A stretch of DNA of 32,000 bases, from the NCBI GenBank assembly GCA_037720885.1, contig JBBJNN010000034.1, forward strand, positions 11,378 through 43,377. The letters are read 5' to 3'. The first letter of the stretch is position 1. The number at the start of each line of letters is the position of its first letter. Below are positions 18,762 through 27,191 of this stretch, piece by piece. The notes below the pieces were generated by a model. That model was not told where the DNA came from, searched no databases, and was given only the letters and a program-made list of their open reading frames with translations. Source of the stretch: Gemmatimonadaceae bacterium. Lineage in GTDB: Bacteria > Gemmatimonadota > Gemmatimonadetes > Gemmatimonadales > Gemmatimonadaceae. Both the position numbers and the translations under genes were made by a program.

Positions 18762-19136
18762 GTGCGCATGACCACCGCGACGCAGGAACTCGGCGCCCTC
18801 GGCGAGCGTATCGCCGAACGGTGGATGCGGCGAAAGGGATGGCGACTGATAGGGAAGCGCTTCCGGAATGGGCACCGCGACATCGATCTCGTCGTCGAAT
18901 GTCAGGATACCGTGGTGTTCGTGGAGGTGAAGGCGCGTTCCAGGAGCGACTACGGCAGCCCGGTGGAGGCAGTGACGTGGCGCAAGCAGCGGGAGCTCTC
19001 GCGCTCGGCGCGCGTCTGGATCGACCGGTTCGGGCGGCCGGGCCAGGCGTACCGGTTCGACGTTGTCGGCGTGCTGGTGAGTGGTGGGGACGTTCGGGTG
19101 CACCACGTGGAAAACGCGTTTTCGATACCCGGCTAA
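18762..19136 (+). CDS. yraN: YraN-family (UPF0102) endonuclease-like protein
   Basis: LGERIAERWMRRKGWRLIGKRFR...DIDLVVECQDTVVFVEVKARS...YRFDVVGV is the typical UPF0102 pattern, across 124 aa. Confidence 0.85.
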   Translation: MRMTTATQELGALGERIAERWMRRKGWRLIGKRFRNGHRDIDLVVECQDTVVFVEVKARSRSDYGSPVEAVTWRKQRELSRSARVWIDRFGRPGQAYRFDVVGVLVSGGDVRVHHVENAFSIPG

Positions 19137-19149
19137 CCCCAATTCCGGG

Positions 19150-19178
19150 TTGATTAATTCGGCATTTCTTCGTATTTT
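19150..19178 (+). promoter_or_regulatory. Candidate sigma70-type promoter upstream of recA
   Basis: TTGATT (19150-19155), a 17-nt spacer, then TATTTT (19173-19178), in a locally AT-rich patch about 90 nt upstream of the recA ATG. The pattern match is good, but there is no experimental support. Confidence 0.45.
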
Positions 19179-19270
19179 ATTCGGGTCGCGTGCCGGGGTG
19201 TTTTTCTCGGACGGCGACGCGGGCCGGGAGCGGTAGGAGCAGCCTTTCACGAATCAGCGGGGGCGAACGA

Positions 19271-20317
19271 ATGGCGATTTCCACGGTGGGGGACGACAAG
19301 CGCAAGGCGTTGAATCTCGCCATCGCGCAGATCGAGAAGAGCTGCGGCAAGGGCTCGATCATGAAGATGGGCGCGGACGGCGAGCGGGTGCGGGTGGAGG
19401 CGATCTCTACTGGTGCGATCAATCTGGACGCGGCGATCGGTATCGGGGGCATCCCGCGCGGCCGCGTGACGGAGATCTATGGGCCGGAGTCGAGCGGCAA
19501 GACCACGCTCTGCCTCCACGTCGTGGCAAACGCGCAGCGCGCTGGCGGGGTCGCGGCGTACATCGACGCCGAGCACGCGCTCGATACGGAGTACGCGAAG
19601 AAGCTGGGTGTCGACGTCGAGAACCTCCTCGTCTCGCAGCCCGATACGGGCGAGCAGGCGCTCGAGATCGCTGAGATTCTGGTGCGGTCGGGGGCGGTGG
19701 ATATCGTCGTCATTGACTCGGTGGCCGCGCTCGTACCGAAGGCGGAGATCGAGGGGGAGATGGGCGACTCCCACGTCGGTCTGCAGGCGCGGCTCATGAG
19801 CCAGGCGCTGCGGAAGCTGACCGGCGCGATCGCGCGCTCGAAGACGTCGGTTGTCTTCATCAATCAGCTGCGCGAGAAGATCGGCGTCATGTTCGGCAAC
19901 CCGGAGACGACGACTGGGGGCAAGGCGCTCAAGTTCTACGCCTCCGTCCGGCTGGACATTCGCCGCATCGGCCCGGTGAAGGAGAAGGAAGACGTCACCG
20001 GATCGCACGTGCGCGTGAAAGTCGTCAAGAACAAGGTCGCGCCGCCGTTCAAGCAGGCCGAGTTCGACATCATGTACGCCGAGGGGATCAGCCACACCTC
20101 GCTGCTGGTTGACATCGGGGCGGAGGCTGGGATCATCGAGAAGTCCGGCGCCTGGTATAGCTACAACGGCCAGAAGATCGGCCAGGGTCGCGAGAATGCG
20201 AAGATGTACCTGAAGGACAACCCGGCGATGATGGCCGAGGTCGAGGAGAAGGTGAAGGCAGTGCTCGGCATCCGACCGCCCGGCACCGGGACCGAGGGCG
20301 AATTGCCGGCAGACTGA
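19271..20317 (+). CDS. recA: Recombinase RecA
   Basis: [25 protein letters not shown], Walker [10 protein letters not shown], and the L1/L2 regions ([37 protein letters not shown]) are present. ATG 19271; the 19190 start in the track is an upstream extension. Confidence 0.97.
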   Translation: MAISTVGDDKRKALNLAIAQIEKSCGKGSIMKMGADGERVRVEAISTGAINLDAAIGIGGIPRGRVTEIYGPESSGKTTLCLHVVANAQRAGGVAAYIDAEHALDTEYAKKLGVDVENLLVSQPDTGEQALEIAEILVRSGAVDIVVIDSVAALVPKAEIEGEMGDSHVGLQARLMSQALRKLTGAIARSKTSVVFINQLREKIGVMFGNPETTTGGKALKFYASVRLDIRRIGPVKEKEDVTGSHVRVKVVKNKVAPPFKQAEFDIMYAEGISHTSLLVDIGAEAGIIEKSGAWYSYNGQKIGQGRENAKMYLKDNPAMMAEVEEKVKAVLGIRPPGTGTEGELPAD

Positions 20318-20440
20318 CGACGGCTGTCGCATCGCACAGGGCGATCGTTCGGCGCGAGGAGAGCAGGGCCAGAACACGGGCCGGCGGCCGGCTCGTTCGC
20401 GAAAGCGTGCGGTTTTCGCGGCGGGCCAGCGCCGGGTGGT

Positions 20441-21139
20441 GTGTTACGCGAGATGAGTGAGCTCAGTGGTTTGATCACAGCCGTCGTTCCAAGTACGCGG
20501 CGTGAAGGCCGATTCGAGGTGATCGTCGCCGGTTCGCCGGTGGCGACGATCACGCTCGAGGCGGTCGAACGGTTGCGAGTCCGGAGTGGCGTTGCCTTCG
20601 AGGGTGGGTTGGCGACCGCGGTCGAGCGGGAGTCACGGATGCTCGCCGCCTTCGACCGCGCGCTCAACATGCTCGCGCTCCGAGGTCGCTCCGAGCGCGA
20701 TCTCCGCCGGCGCCTGGTGCAGAAGGGTGAGACCGAGGAGGCGGCGGACGATGCCATTGCCCGGCTCGCCGCGCTCGGGTTGCTCAATGACGCCGACTTT
20801 GCGAAGCAGTTCGCGCGATCGAAGGTGCTCGGACCTGGCCACTCGAAGCGTCGGTTGCAGCAGGAGCTATTCCGCGCCGGCGTATCTCGCGAGGTGGCGG
20901 ACGGTGCGATCGCCGGCGCATTGGCCGACGACGACGTGAACGAGGCTGAGATCATCGAGCGGGTCGCGCGGAAGAAGCTACGCACGCTCGCGCGGCTCGA
21001 TGCGGCCACGAGCCGCCGCCGCCTCTACGCATTCCTCGCTCGGCGCGGCTACGACTCGGCGGCAATTCGTGATACAATCGCGCGCCTGATGTCGGCCGAC
21101 GATGCAGAAGCGCTGAGCGGTGAGGGGGCGACGGGGTAG
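20441..21139 (+). CDS. recX: Recombination regulator RecX
   Basis: The three-repeat helical RecX pattern is present (RSERDLRRRLVQKGETEEAADDAIARLAALGLLNDADFAKQFARSKV..., RLYAFLARRGYDSAAIRDTI), and the gene sits in the conserved position after recA. The start is uncertain: GTG 20441 or ATG 20453. Confidence 0.85.
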   Translation: MLREMSELSGLITAVVPSTRREGRFEVIVAGSPVATITLEAVERLRVRSGVAFEGGLATAVERESRMLAAFDRALNMLALRGRSERDLRRRLVQKGETEEAADDAIARLAALGLLNDADFAKQFARSKVLGPGHSKRRLQQELFRAGVSREVADGAIAGALADDDVNEAEIIERVARKKLRTLARLDAATSRRRLYAFLARRGYDSAAIRDTIARLMSADDAEALSGEGATG

Positions 21140-21208
21140 CTGGCTCGCGGTGCTGGGACCGCGCGCCGCTTGAGGCTCCGCGGACGCGATCCGTATATTG
21201 TTCGGCAT

Positions 21209-24028
21209 ATGCAAACCGCCGATATACGCGAGCGATTCCTCACCTACTTCGAGCGCCAGGCGCACGTGCGCCTGCCGAGCGCATCGCTCGTTCCGGGCGA
21301 CGACCCCACCGTTCTCTTCACGATGGCGGGGATGCTCCCCTTCAAGCGCGTCTTCCTCGGGCTCGAGGAGCCAGCGTTCGGGCGGCGCGTGGCGTCGGTG
21401 CAGAAGTGCGTCCGCGCGGGCGGGAAGCACAACGATCTCGAGCAGGTGGGGCACACCGCCCGGCATCACACCTTCTTCGAGATGCTCGGCAACTTCTCGT
21501 TCGGTGACTACTTCAAGCGCGACGCGATCCGCTTCGCCTGGGAATTCGTGACCGGCCGGGAGTGGCTCGGGTTCGATCCGCAGCACCTGCGCGTGACGGT
21601 CTACGAGTCCGACGATGAGGCTCGCGCTCTCTGGCAGGAGATCGCCGGACTGCGGCCGTCGCGCGTCTACGGGCTCGGCGCGAAGGACAACTTCTGGCAG
21701 ATGGCCGAGACCGGGCCGTGCGGACCGTGCTCGGAGATCTACGTCGATATGGTGCAGATCGTGCCCGGCTGGCGTTTTCCCGCGGGCGCCAGTGGCGAAT
21801 GGACCGAGACCGACCGCGAAGAGTTCTCGGTCGAGGCGTTCTACGAGGGTGCCGAGGCTGGGCGCTTCCTCGAGATCTGGAATCTGGTCTTCATGCAGTT
21901 CGACCGGTCGGAGGACGGCACGCTGACGCCGTTACCGAAACCGTCGGTGGATACCGGGGCGGGGCTCGATCGCATCGGGGCGGCTCTGCAGGGCGTACGG
22001 ACGGACTACCACAACGATTTGTTCGCGCCACTCATCCGGCGCGTGACGGAGGTGGTCGGCATCCCCTACCGGGGGGTGGAGTCGGACGCGCCGTACGACC
22101 ACACGTTCGAGCCGGGCGGACGGACGGCCGACTACTCGAATGTCGTCCGGGATGGGCGCGTCCGCGTGGATCCCGCCTGGTTCCACGTCGTCGCCGACCA
22201 TGCGCGATGCGTGGCGTTTCTCCTCGCGGATGGCGTCTATCCGGCAAGCGACGGGCGGGGCTACGTGTTGCGCCGCATCCTCCGGCGCGGGGTGCGCCAC
22301 GCCTGGCTGCTCGGGCGCCGGACACCCACGCTGCATCACGTCGTAGAGACCGCGATCGAGACGATGGGCGCAGCGTACCCTGAGCTGCGGCGGCGACGGC
22401 AGCAGATCCTCGACACGACGCGCGCCGAGGAGGAGCGCTTCCTGGCGACGATCGAGGGTGGCCTCGTTCGCTTCGATGAGATCGCGCCGCTCCACACGTC
22501 GCAAGGCTCGAGCACGATCCGCGGCACGGTGTCCGGGGAGGACGCATTCCGGCTCTACGACACGTTTGGCTTCCCGATCGACCTCACCGAGCTCATGGCG
22601 CGCGAGCGACACTACACGGTGGACATCGCGGAGTTCGAGCGTGCGCTGGCGGCGCAGCGCGAGCAATCGCGCGAGGATCGCCGTTCTCGCGACCTGTCTG
22701 TCAGCGCCGACGAATTGGCCGACGCCAGCGCGTGGACGCGGGAGACCGGTGCATCGCGCGAGTCGGCGGGCACGGCGGCAAGTCGCTTCGTCGGGTACGA
22801 CGTGATCGAGATCGAGACGCAGGTGGTGCTTCTGCGCCGGCTCGCGGACGAGCGCGTCGCGCTGGTCCTACGCGAGACTCCGTTCTACGCGGAGTCGGGC
22901 GGGCAGGTCTCGGACGTTGGCGAGATCGTGGGGGATGGGTGGCGGGTGGACGTCGAGGAGGTGCGCAAGCTGCCGGAGGGAATCGCCGCCGTCGGCCGGT
23001 TGAGGGGCGAATTCTCCTGGGGACGCGTTACCGCGCGGGTGCCGAGCGATCGGCGGCGGAACACCGAGCGAAATCACACCGGCACGCACCTGCTCCACGC
23101 GGCGCTCCGTGCGGTGCTGGGCGACCACGTGCACCAGGCCGGCTCCGTCGTCGCGCCGGACCGGCTCCGCTTCGACTTCACGCACCACGGCCCGCTCACG
23201 GTCGAGCACCTCTCCGCGATCGAGGAGTGGGTGAACCGTGGGATCTGGGCGGATATAGACCTTCGCTTCGAGGAGCAGTCGTATCAGGAGGCGATCGCCG
23301 CCGGCGCCATGGCGTTGTTCACGGAGAAGTACGCCGACATCGTCCGCGTCGTGAATATTCCCGGACTTTCGATGGAGCTGTGCGGCGGGACACACGCGCG
23401 CAACACCGGGCAGATCGCCCTCTTCAAGATCGTCGCCGAGACCGGGGTCAAGGCGGGAGTGCGGCGGATCGAGGCGGTGACGGGACCGCGTGCCTACGAG
23501 GTGATCCGCGAGCAGGAGCGCGCGCTGCACCGGGTCGCGGAGCTCGTGAAGAGCCCGGTGGATGCCGCCGTTCGCCGCGTCGAAGCGCTGGTCGAGGAGC
23601 GCCGGGCGCTGCAGCGCCGGCTCGACGAGGCAATGCGCGGTGGCGGCGATCAGCTCGTCGCCTTGCTGGCCCGCGCCGAAGCTGTTGACGGGAGCAAAGT
23701 GGTCGCCGCGCAGGTGATCGCGGGGGATCTCAAGGAGCTGCAAGCGCTGGGAGACGCGCTTCGCGAGCGCATGGGCAGTGGCGTCGGTGTCATCGCGTCC
23801 ACGTTCGGCGAGGGGAAGAATTCCTTGCTCGTCGTCGTCACCGACGACCTGCGAGCGCGAGGCGTGCGCGCAGACCTCATCATTCGCGAGATCGCTGCGG
23901 CGGCCGGTGGCCGGGGTGGGGGCAAGGCACACATGGCGCAGGCCGGAATTCCCGATGCGGCACGCATTCCCGAGACACTGCGCCAGGCGCCCGGGCTCGT
24001 CCGTCCGTTCCTCGCGCACGCGACGTGA
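21209..24028 (+). CDS. alaS: Alanine--tRNA ligase
   Basis: Catalytic motifs are present (KCVRAGGKHNDLEQVG, HHTFFEMLGNFSFGDYFK), along with the editing-domain HTGTHLLHAAL...CGGTH and the C-terminal DHHA1-type GGRGGGKAHMAQAG. ATG 21209; the track start at 21170 is an extension. Confidence 0.97.
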   Translation: MQTADIRERFLTYFERQAHVRLPSASLVPGDDPTVLFTMAGMLPFKRVFLGLEEPAFGRRVASVQKCVRAGGKHNDLEQVGHTARHHTFFEMLGNFSFGDYFKRDAIRFAWEFVTGREWLGFDPQHLRVTVYESDDEARALWQEIAGLRPSRVYGLGAKDNFWQMAETGPCGPCSEIYVDMVQIVPGWRFPAGASGEWTETDREEFSVEAFYEGAEAGRFLEIWNLVFMQFDRSEDGTLTPLPKPSVDTGAGLDRIGAALQGVRTDYHNDLFAPLIRRVTEVVGIPYRGVESDAPYDHTFEPGGRTADYSNVVRDGRVRVDPAWFHVVADHARCVAFLLADGVYPASDGRGYVLRRILRRGVRHAWLLGRRTPTLHHVVETAIETMGAAYPELRRRRQQILDTTRAEEERFLATIEGGLVRFDEIAPLHTSQGSSTIRGTVSGEDAFRLYDTFGFPIDLTELMARERHYTVDIAEFERALAAQREQSREDRRSRDLSVSADELADASAWTRETGASRESAGTAASRFVGYDVIEIETQVVLLRRLADERVALVLRETPFYAESGGQVSDVGEIVGDGWRVDVEEVRKLPEGIAAVGRLRGEFSWGRVTARVPSDRRRNTERNHTGTHLLHAALRAVLGDHVHQAGSVVAPDRLRFDFTHHGPLTVEHLSAIEEWVNRGIWADIDLRFEEQSYQEAIAAGAMALFTEKYADIVRVVNIPGLSMELCGGTHARNTGQIALFKIVAETGVKAGVRRIEAVTGPRAYEVIREQERALHRVAELVKSPVDAAVRRVEALVEERRALQRRLDEAMRGGGDQLVALLARAEAVDGSKVVAAQVIAGDLKELQALGDALRERMGSGVGVIASTFGEGKNSLLVVVTDDLRARGVRADLIIREIAAAAGGRGGGKAHMAQAGIPDAARIPETLRQAPGLVRPFLAHAT

Positions 24029-24651
24029 CGTTGGGCGAGTGGCTCGACTCGCGCACGCCGGCCGCGCCGCCAGCACTTGCCGCGCGGATTCGGTCAGCGG
24101 TGGGCGACGATCTCGCGCTCGACGCGCGGGAAGCGCCCAGGATACTCCTCGCGCTGGCCCGCGACCGGCTCGACGCGTTCCTGATGGTCGAGAGCGCTTC
24201 GCGCGTCGGAGCCGGCGATCTCTTGCTCGTAGATGCGCTGGTGACGTACGCGTTCGAAGCGGCGAGCGACGCGCCAGATTCCCTCGATGCGCTCGCGCTC
24301 GACGCGATGGAGTCGCTTGGCGCGCGCGCGCCGGCCGGCTCACGGTGGGCGTGCTCCGGGGTCTCGCGGCCGGAGGCGGCGGCCTCGCGGTGCTCGTGGA
24401 CCCCGGCCGGACGAGCGCTTCGGACGCCGAGGAGCTCGCTCGACGCGCCGCTGGGGAGGGGGTCGTCGCGCTCCTCCTCGGCAACTCCTTCGGACCGCCG
24501 GATGAGGGTGCCGAATTCGTCGGGACGCTCAAGCGTGCGGCGCCGGCACTCCCGCTCCTCCAGTTTCCGGCGATGGCGTCGCAGCTACTCGCCGGCGTCG
24601 ACGCCGTGCTGTTCCTCTCACTCGTCTCGGGACGGAACGCGCAGTATCTGA
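24025..24651 (+). CDS. Hypothetical ORF. Only the first ~105 codons look coding; the remainder overlaps the next gene out of frame (possible frameshift or fusion, see findings)
   Basis: GTG 24025 overlaps the alaS TGA (GTGA). From 24025 to ~24340 codon position 3 is strongly G/C-biased and the peptide looks helical (LLALARDRLDAFLMVESASRVGAGDLLLVDALVTYAFEAAS). After ~24345 this frame becomes Arg/Ser-rich, while the other frame carries clear GGGPS homology. Confidence 0.3.
   Translation: MTLGEWLDSRTPAAPPALAARIRSAVGDDLALDAREAPRILLALARDRLDAFLMVESASRVGAGDLLLVDALVTYAFEAASDAPDSLDALALDAMESLGARAPAGSRWACSGVSRPEAAASRCSWTPAGRALRTPRSSLDAPLGRGSSRSSSATPSDRRMRVPNSSGRSSVRRRHSRSSSFRRWRRSYSPASTPCCSSHSSRDGTRSI
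24320..24331. repeat. (GC)6 dinucleotide run at the junction of the two reading frames
   Basis: GCGCGCGCGCGC read directly at 24320-24331. Confidence 0.9.
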
Positions 24652-25085
24652 TCGAGGAGCACGTGCGCGCCGTACCCTTCGCTAACCGGCATCCGGAAGT
24701 CGAGCTGATCTCCACCGCCTACTGTCTGGTGGACGGCGGCACGATCACCTCGGTAGAGTCCGTGAGCCAGACACGGCCGCTCCCGGCGGACAAGCCAGAG
24801 CTGGTCGCCGCCCACGTGCGCGCGGCTCTGCTCATCGGGATGCGCGCGGTGTACCTCGACGCCGGGAGCGGCGCGCGCCGCCCGGTCGCGACGGCCTGCA
24901 TCTCGGCGGCCCGACGAGCGATCGGAGCGGCCGGCGCGCCCTTGCTCGTCGGCGGCGGCGTCCGAGGGCCGGACGCGGTCCGTGCAGCGCGAGACGCGGG
25001 CGCCGACATCGTGGTCGTGGGGAGCCGCATCGAGCAAAGTGGCGCCGACGCCGTGCACGAGCTGGCCGCCGCCGCGCGCGCGTGA
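24345..25085 (+). CDS. Geranylgeranylglyceryl / heptaprenylglyceryl phosphate synthase family protein (GGGPS/PcrB)
   Basis: The signature set is present: LAVLVDPGR, FPAMASQLLAGVDAVLFLSLVSGRNAQYLI, STAYCLVDGG, LLIGMRAVYLDAGSGA, PLLVGGGVRGPD and AGADIVVVGS. There is no ATG; GTG 24345 or 24351 gives the short N-terminus typical of the family. The upstream part of the 435-aa track ORF (23778 onward) lies inside alaS. Confidence 0.8.
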   Translation: MGVLRGLAAGGGGLAVLVDPGRTSASDAEELARRAAGEGVVALLLGNSFGPPDEGAEFVGTLKRAAPALPLLQFPAMASQLLAGVDAVLFLSLVSGRNAQYLIEEHVRAVPFANRHPEVELISTAYCLVDGGTITSVESVSQTRPLPADKPELVAAHVRAALLIGMRAVYLDAGSGARRPVATACISAARRAIGAAGAPLLVGGGVRGPDAVRAARDAGADIVVVGSRIEQSGADAVHELAAAARA

Positions 25086-25852
25086 TCGACCTCCATTCGC
25101 ACCTCCTTCCCGGTGTCGATGACGGCTCTCGCTCGCTCGACACCTCGGTGCGAGTACTCGAGCGCTTCGGCGGCGAGGGCGTGGACATCGTCGTGTGTAC
25201 GCCGCACCTCGCCGCGAGCGCCGCAGCGACGGTAGATGACGCGGCGTATCAGTCCGCACTGGACGAGCTCGTGCGCGCGGCGCCCCCGCGCCCGGCGTTG
25301 CTGCGCGGGTGGGAGATCATGCTCGATGCGCCGGGCGTGGATCTGAGCGCGCTACATCTCCGACTGGGCGCGTCGACCGCGATCCTGATCGAGTTCCCTC
25401 GAATGAACGTACCGGCTGGCGCCACGCGAGAAATCGCGCGGCTGCGCGCGAGCGGCGTCGTGCCGGTGCTGGCGCACCCCGAACGCTACTGGGGCTGTTC
25501 GCTCGAGAAGGTGCGCGAATGGCGCGCTGCCGGTGCGGTCATCCAGCTCTCCGCCTCGATGCTCGCCGCGGGCGGGCCGCATGGCGAGCTGGCAAGAGCG
25601 ATGCTCGAGGGAGGATTGGCGGATTGCATCGCCAGCGACAATCACGGCGACGCACGCTCCGTCGCCACGGCTCGGCAGTGGCTCGAGGAGACAGGCGCCC
25701 CGGAGCAGGCGCGCCTGCTCACGCACACGAACGCCGAACGCTTGCTCCAGGGAGAGCGGACGCTTCCCGTCGCGCCGACTCGACCCGTGGACGGAGGAAT
25801 GGTCGCGCGGCTGAAGGCACTCTTGATGGGCCGCCGCGCGCGCCGCTCGTGA
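25082..25852 (+). CDS. PHP-domain phosphoesterase, CpsB/YwqE-like (annotated in other bacteria as a Mn-dependent protein-tyrosine phosphatase)
   Basis: MIDLHSHLLPGVDDGSRSL, VVCTPHL, VLAHPERY and ASDNHG are the metal-binding motifs of the CpsB/CapC PHP family. GTG 25082 overlaps the upstream TGA (GTGA). Confidence 0.8.
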   Translation: MIDLHSHLLPGVDDGSRSLDTSVRVLERFGGEGVDIVVCTPHLAASAAATVDDAAYQSALDELVRAAPPRPALLRGWEIMLDAPGVDLSALHLRLGASTAILIEFPRMNVPAGATREIARLRASGVVPVLAHPERYWGCSLEKVREWRAAGAVIQLSASMLAAGGPHGELARAMLEGGLADCIASDNHGDARSVATARQWLEETGAPEQARLLTHTNAERLLQGERTLPVAPTRPVDGGMVARLKALLMGRRARRS

Positions 25853-25862
25853 TGGGCGGCGC

Positions 25863-26429
25863 GTGACGTCCGATCGCCTCGTCCGCGGATTGAACGATCT
25901 CGCGGAACTGGCGCGCCGTACGGCGGACACGCTCGCGCCCCAGCTTGGCCAGGCGCTCGAGATGGTCCGCGATACGGTGCGGCGAGGCGGCACTCTCTTT
26001 TTCTGCGGGAACGGTGGCAGCGCCGCGGACGCGCAACACCTGGCGGCCGAGTACATGGTACGCTACATGAGAGCGCGCCGGGCGTATCCGGCCGTGGCGT
26101 TGACGACGGACACCTCGCTCCTCACTGCGGCTGCGAACGACCTCGGGTTCGAGTATGTGTTCGCGCGGCAGGTGGAGGCGCTGGCGCGGCGGGGCGATCT
26201 GCTCATCGTGCATTCCACCAGTGGAACGTCGGGGAACGTGCTCCGCGCCGCCGAGGCCGCGCGTGCGCGCGGAGTCGCCGTCCTCGCCTTCTCGGCGCGC
26301 GACGGAGGGGCGCTGGCCGCGGTGGCGGATCACGTCGTGATCGTACCGACCGAACGGACGGATCGCGCGCAGGAGATTCACCTGTGCGTCGAACACCTCA
26401 TCTGCGAGATCGTCGAGGAAGAACTGTGA
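25863..26429 (+). CDS. gmhA: SIS-domain sedoheptulose-7-phosphate isomerase (GmhA/DiaA family)
   Basis: LFFCGNGGSAADAQHLAAE, ALTTDTSLLTAAANDLGFEYVFARQVEAL, DLLIVHSTSGTS, and QEIHLCVEHLIC are present. Confidence 0.8.
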   Translation: MTSDRLVRGLNDLAELARRTADTLAPQLGQALEMVRDTVRRGGTLFFCGNGGSAADAQHLAAEYMVRYMRARRAYPAVALTTDTSLLTAAANDLGFEYVFARQVEALARRGDLLIVHSTSGTSGNVLRAAEAARARGVAVLAFSARDGGALAAVADHVVIVPTERTDRAQEIHLCVEHLICEIVEEEL

Positions 26430-27181
26430 TCTCACTTCGTGGGAAGCGAGCGCTCGTGACCGGTGGCTCGCGCGGCATCGGAGCGGCGACTGCGCTCCTG
26501 TTGGCCGAGTGTGGCGCCGACGTCGGCATCGGCTACCGGAGCCGGGAGGACGATGCCGCCGCGATCGTGCGCCAGATGGCCGACCGTGGCGTGCGGGCGT
26601 TCGCGCACGCCGCCGACATCACGAGTGCCGAGGGCACCGACTCCCTCTTCGAGCGCGTCGAGCGCGAGCTCGGCGGCCTGGACTTCTTCGTCGGAAATGC
26701 GGGGATCTGGCCGACGCAGGACGTAGCGCTCAAGGACATGGACGCCGCGCGATGGCGCGAGACCATGCTCCAGAACCTCGACTCCATCTTCCACACCACG
26801 CGGAGCGCGTGCCGCCTAGTCGCGAACGGCGGCAGAATCGTGATCGTCTCGAGCACGGCGGGGCAGCGAGGCGAGGCGTTCCACGCCGACTATGCCGCGA
26901 CGAAGGGTGCGGCGATCTCCCTGGTGAAATCGCTCGCCATCGAGCTTGCCAGGCGCGAGGTGACCGTCAATTGCGTGGCGCCTGGTTGGGTGGACACCGA
27001 GATGTCGGCCCTGCCATATGCCGATGGCGGGAAGGAGCGCATTGCGGCCACGATCCCGATTGGCCGGATCGCGACGGCGCGCGACGTCGCCGGCCCAATC
27101 GTGTTTCTCTGTTCGGATCTCGCCCGACATATCACCGGGGAAGTCGTGAACGTGAACGGTGGCAGCGTGTTGTGCGGCTGA
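26426..27181 (+). CDS. Short-chain dehydrogenase/reductase (FabG-like)
   Basis: It has LVTGGSRGIG (TGxxxGIG), NAG, the catalytic S...YAATKGA (YxxxK), and the C-terminal ITGEVVNVNGG. GTG 26426 overlaps the gmhA TGA (GTGA). Confidence 0.85.
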   Translation: MISLRGKRALVTGGSRGIGAATALLLAECGADVGIGYRSREDDAAAIVRQMADRGVRAFAHAADITSAEGTDSLFERVERELGGLDFFVGNAGIWPTQDVALKDMDAARWRETMLQNLDSIFHTTRSACRLVANGGRIVIVSSTAGQRGEAFHADYAATKGAAISLVKSLAIELARREVTVNCVAPGWVDTEMSALPYADGGKERIAATIPIGRIATARDVAGPIVFLCSDLARHITGEVVNVNGGSVLCG

Positions 27182-27191
27182 CCGGGCGCGC

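Noticed and set aside
19247-20377. 376-aa minus-strand ORF
   Set aside because: It is the exact antisense shadow of recA.
20398-20420. Small hairpin CGCGAAA-N9-TTTCGCG between recA and recX, a possible attenuator or terminator
   Set aside because: It has only a 7-bp stem with a 9-nt loop and no U-tract. That is too weak to call as a feature, though partial termination between recA and recX is known in other bacteria.
23778-24344. 5' portion of the 435-aa track ORF that ends as the GGGPS gene
   Set aside because: The portion up to 24028 lies inside alaS in another frame. The stretch from 24029 to 24344 is Arg-rich with poor codon bias. GGGPS homology only begins near 24360.
22868-24715. 615-aa ORF on the minus strand
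   Set aside because: It lies antisense to the 3' half of alaS and to the GGGPS start. It is Arg/Pro/Ala/Ser-rich with no motifs. alaS on the plus strand is unambiguous.
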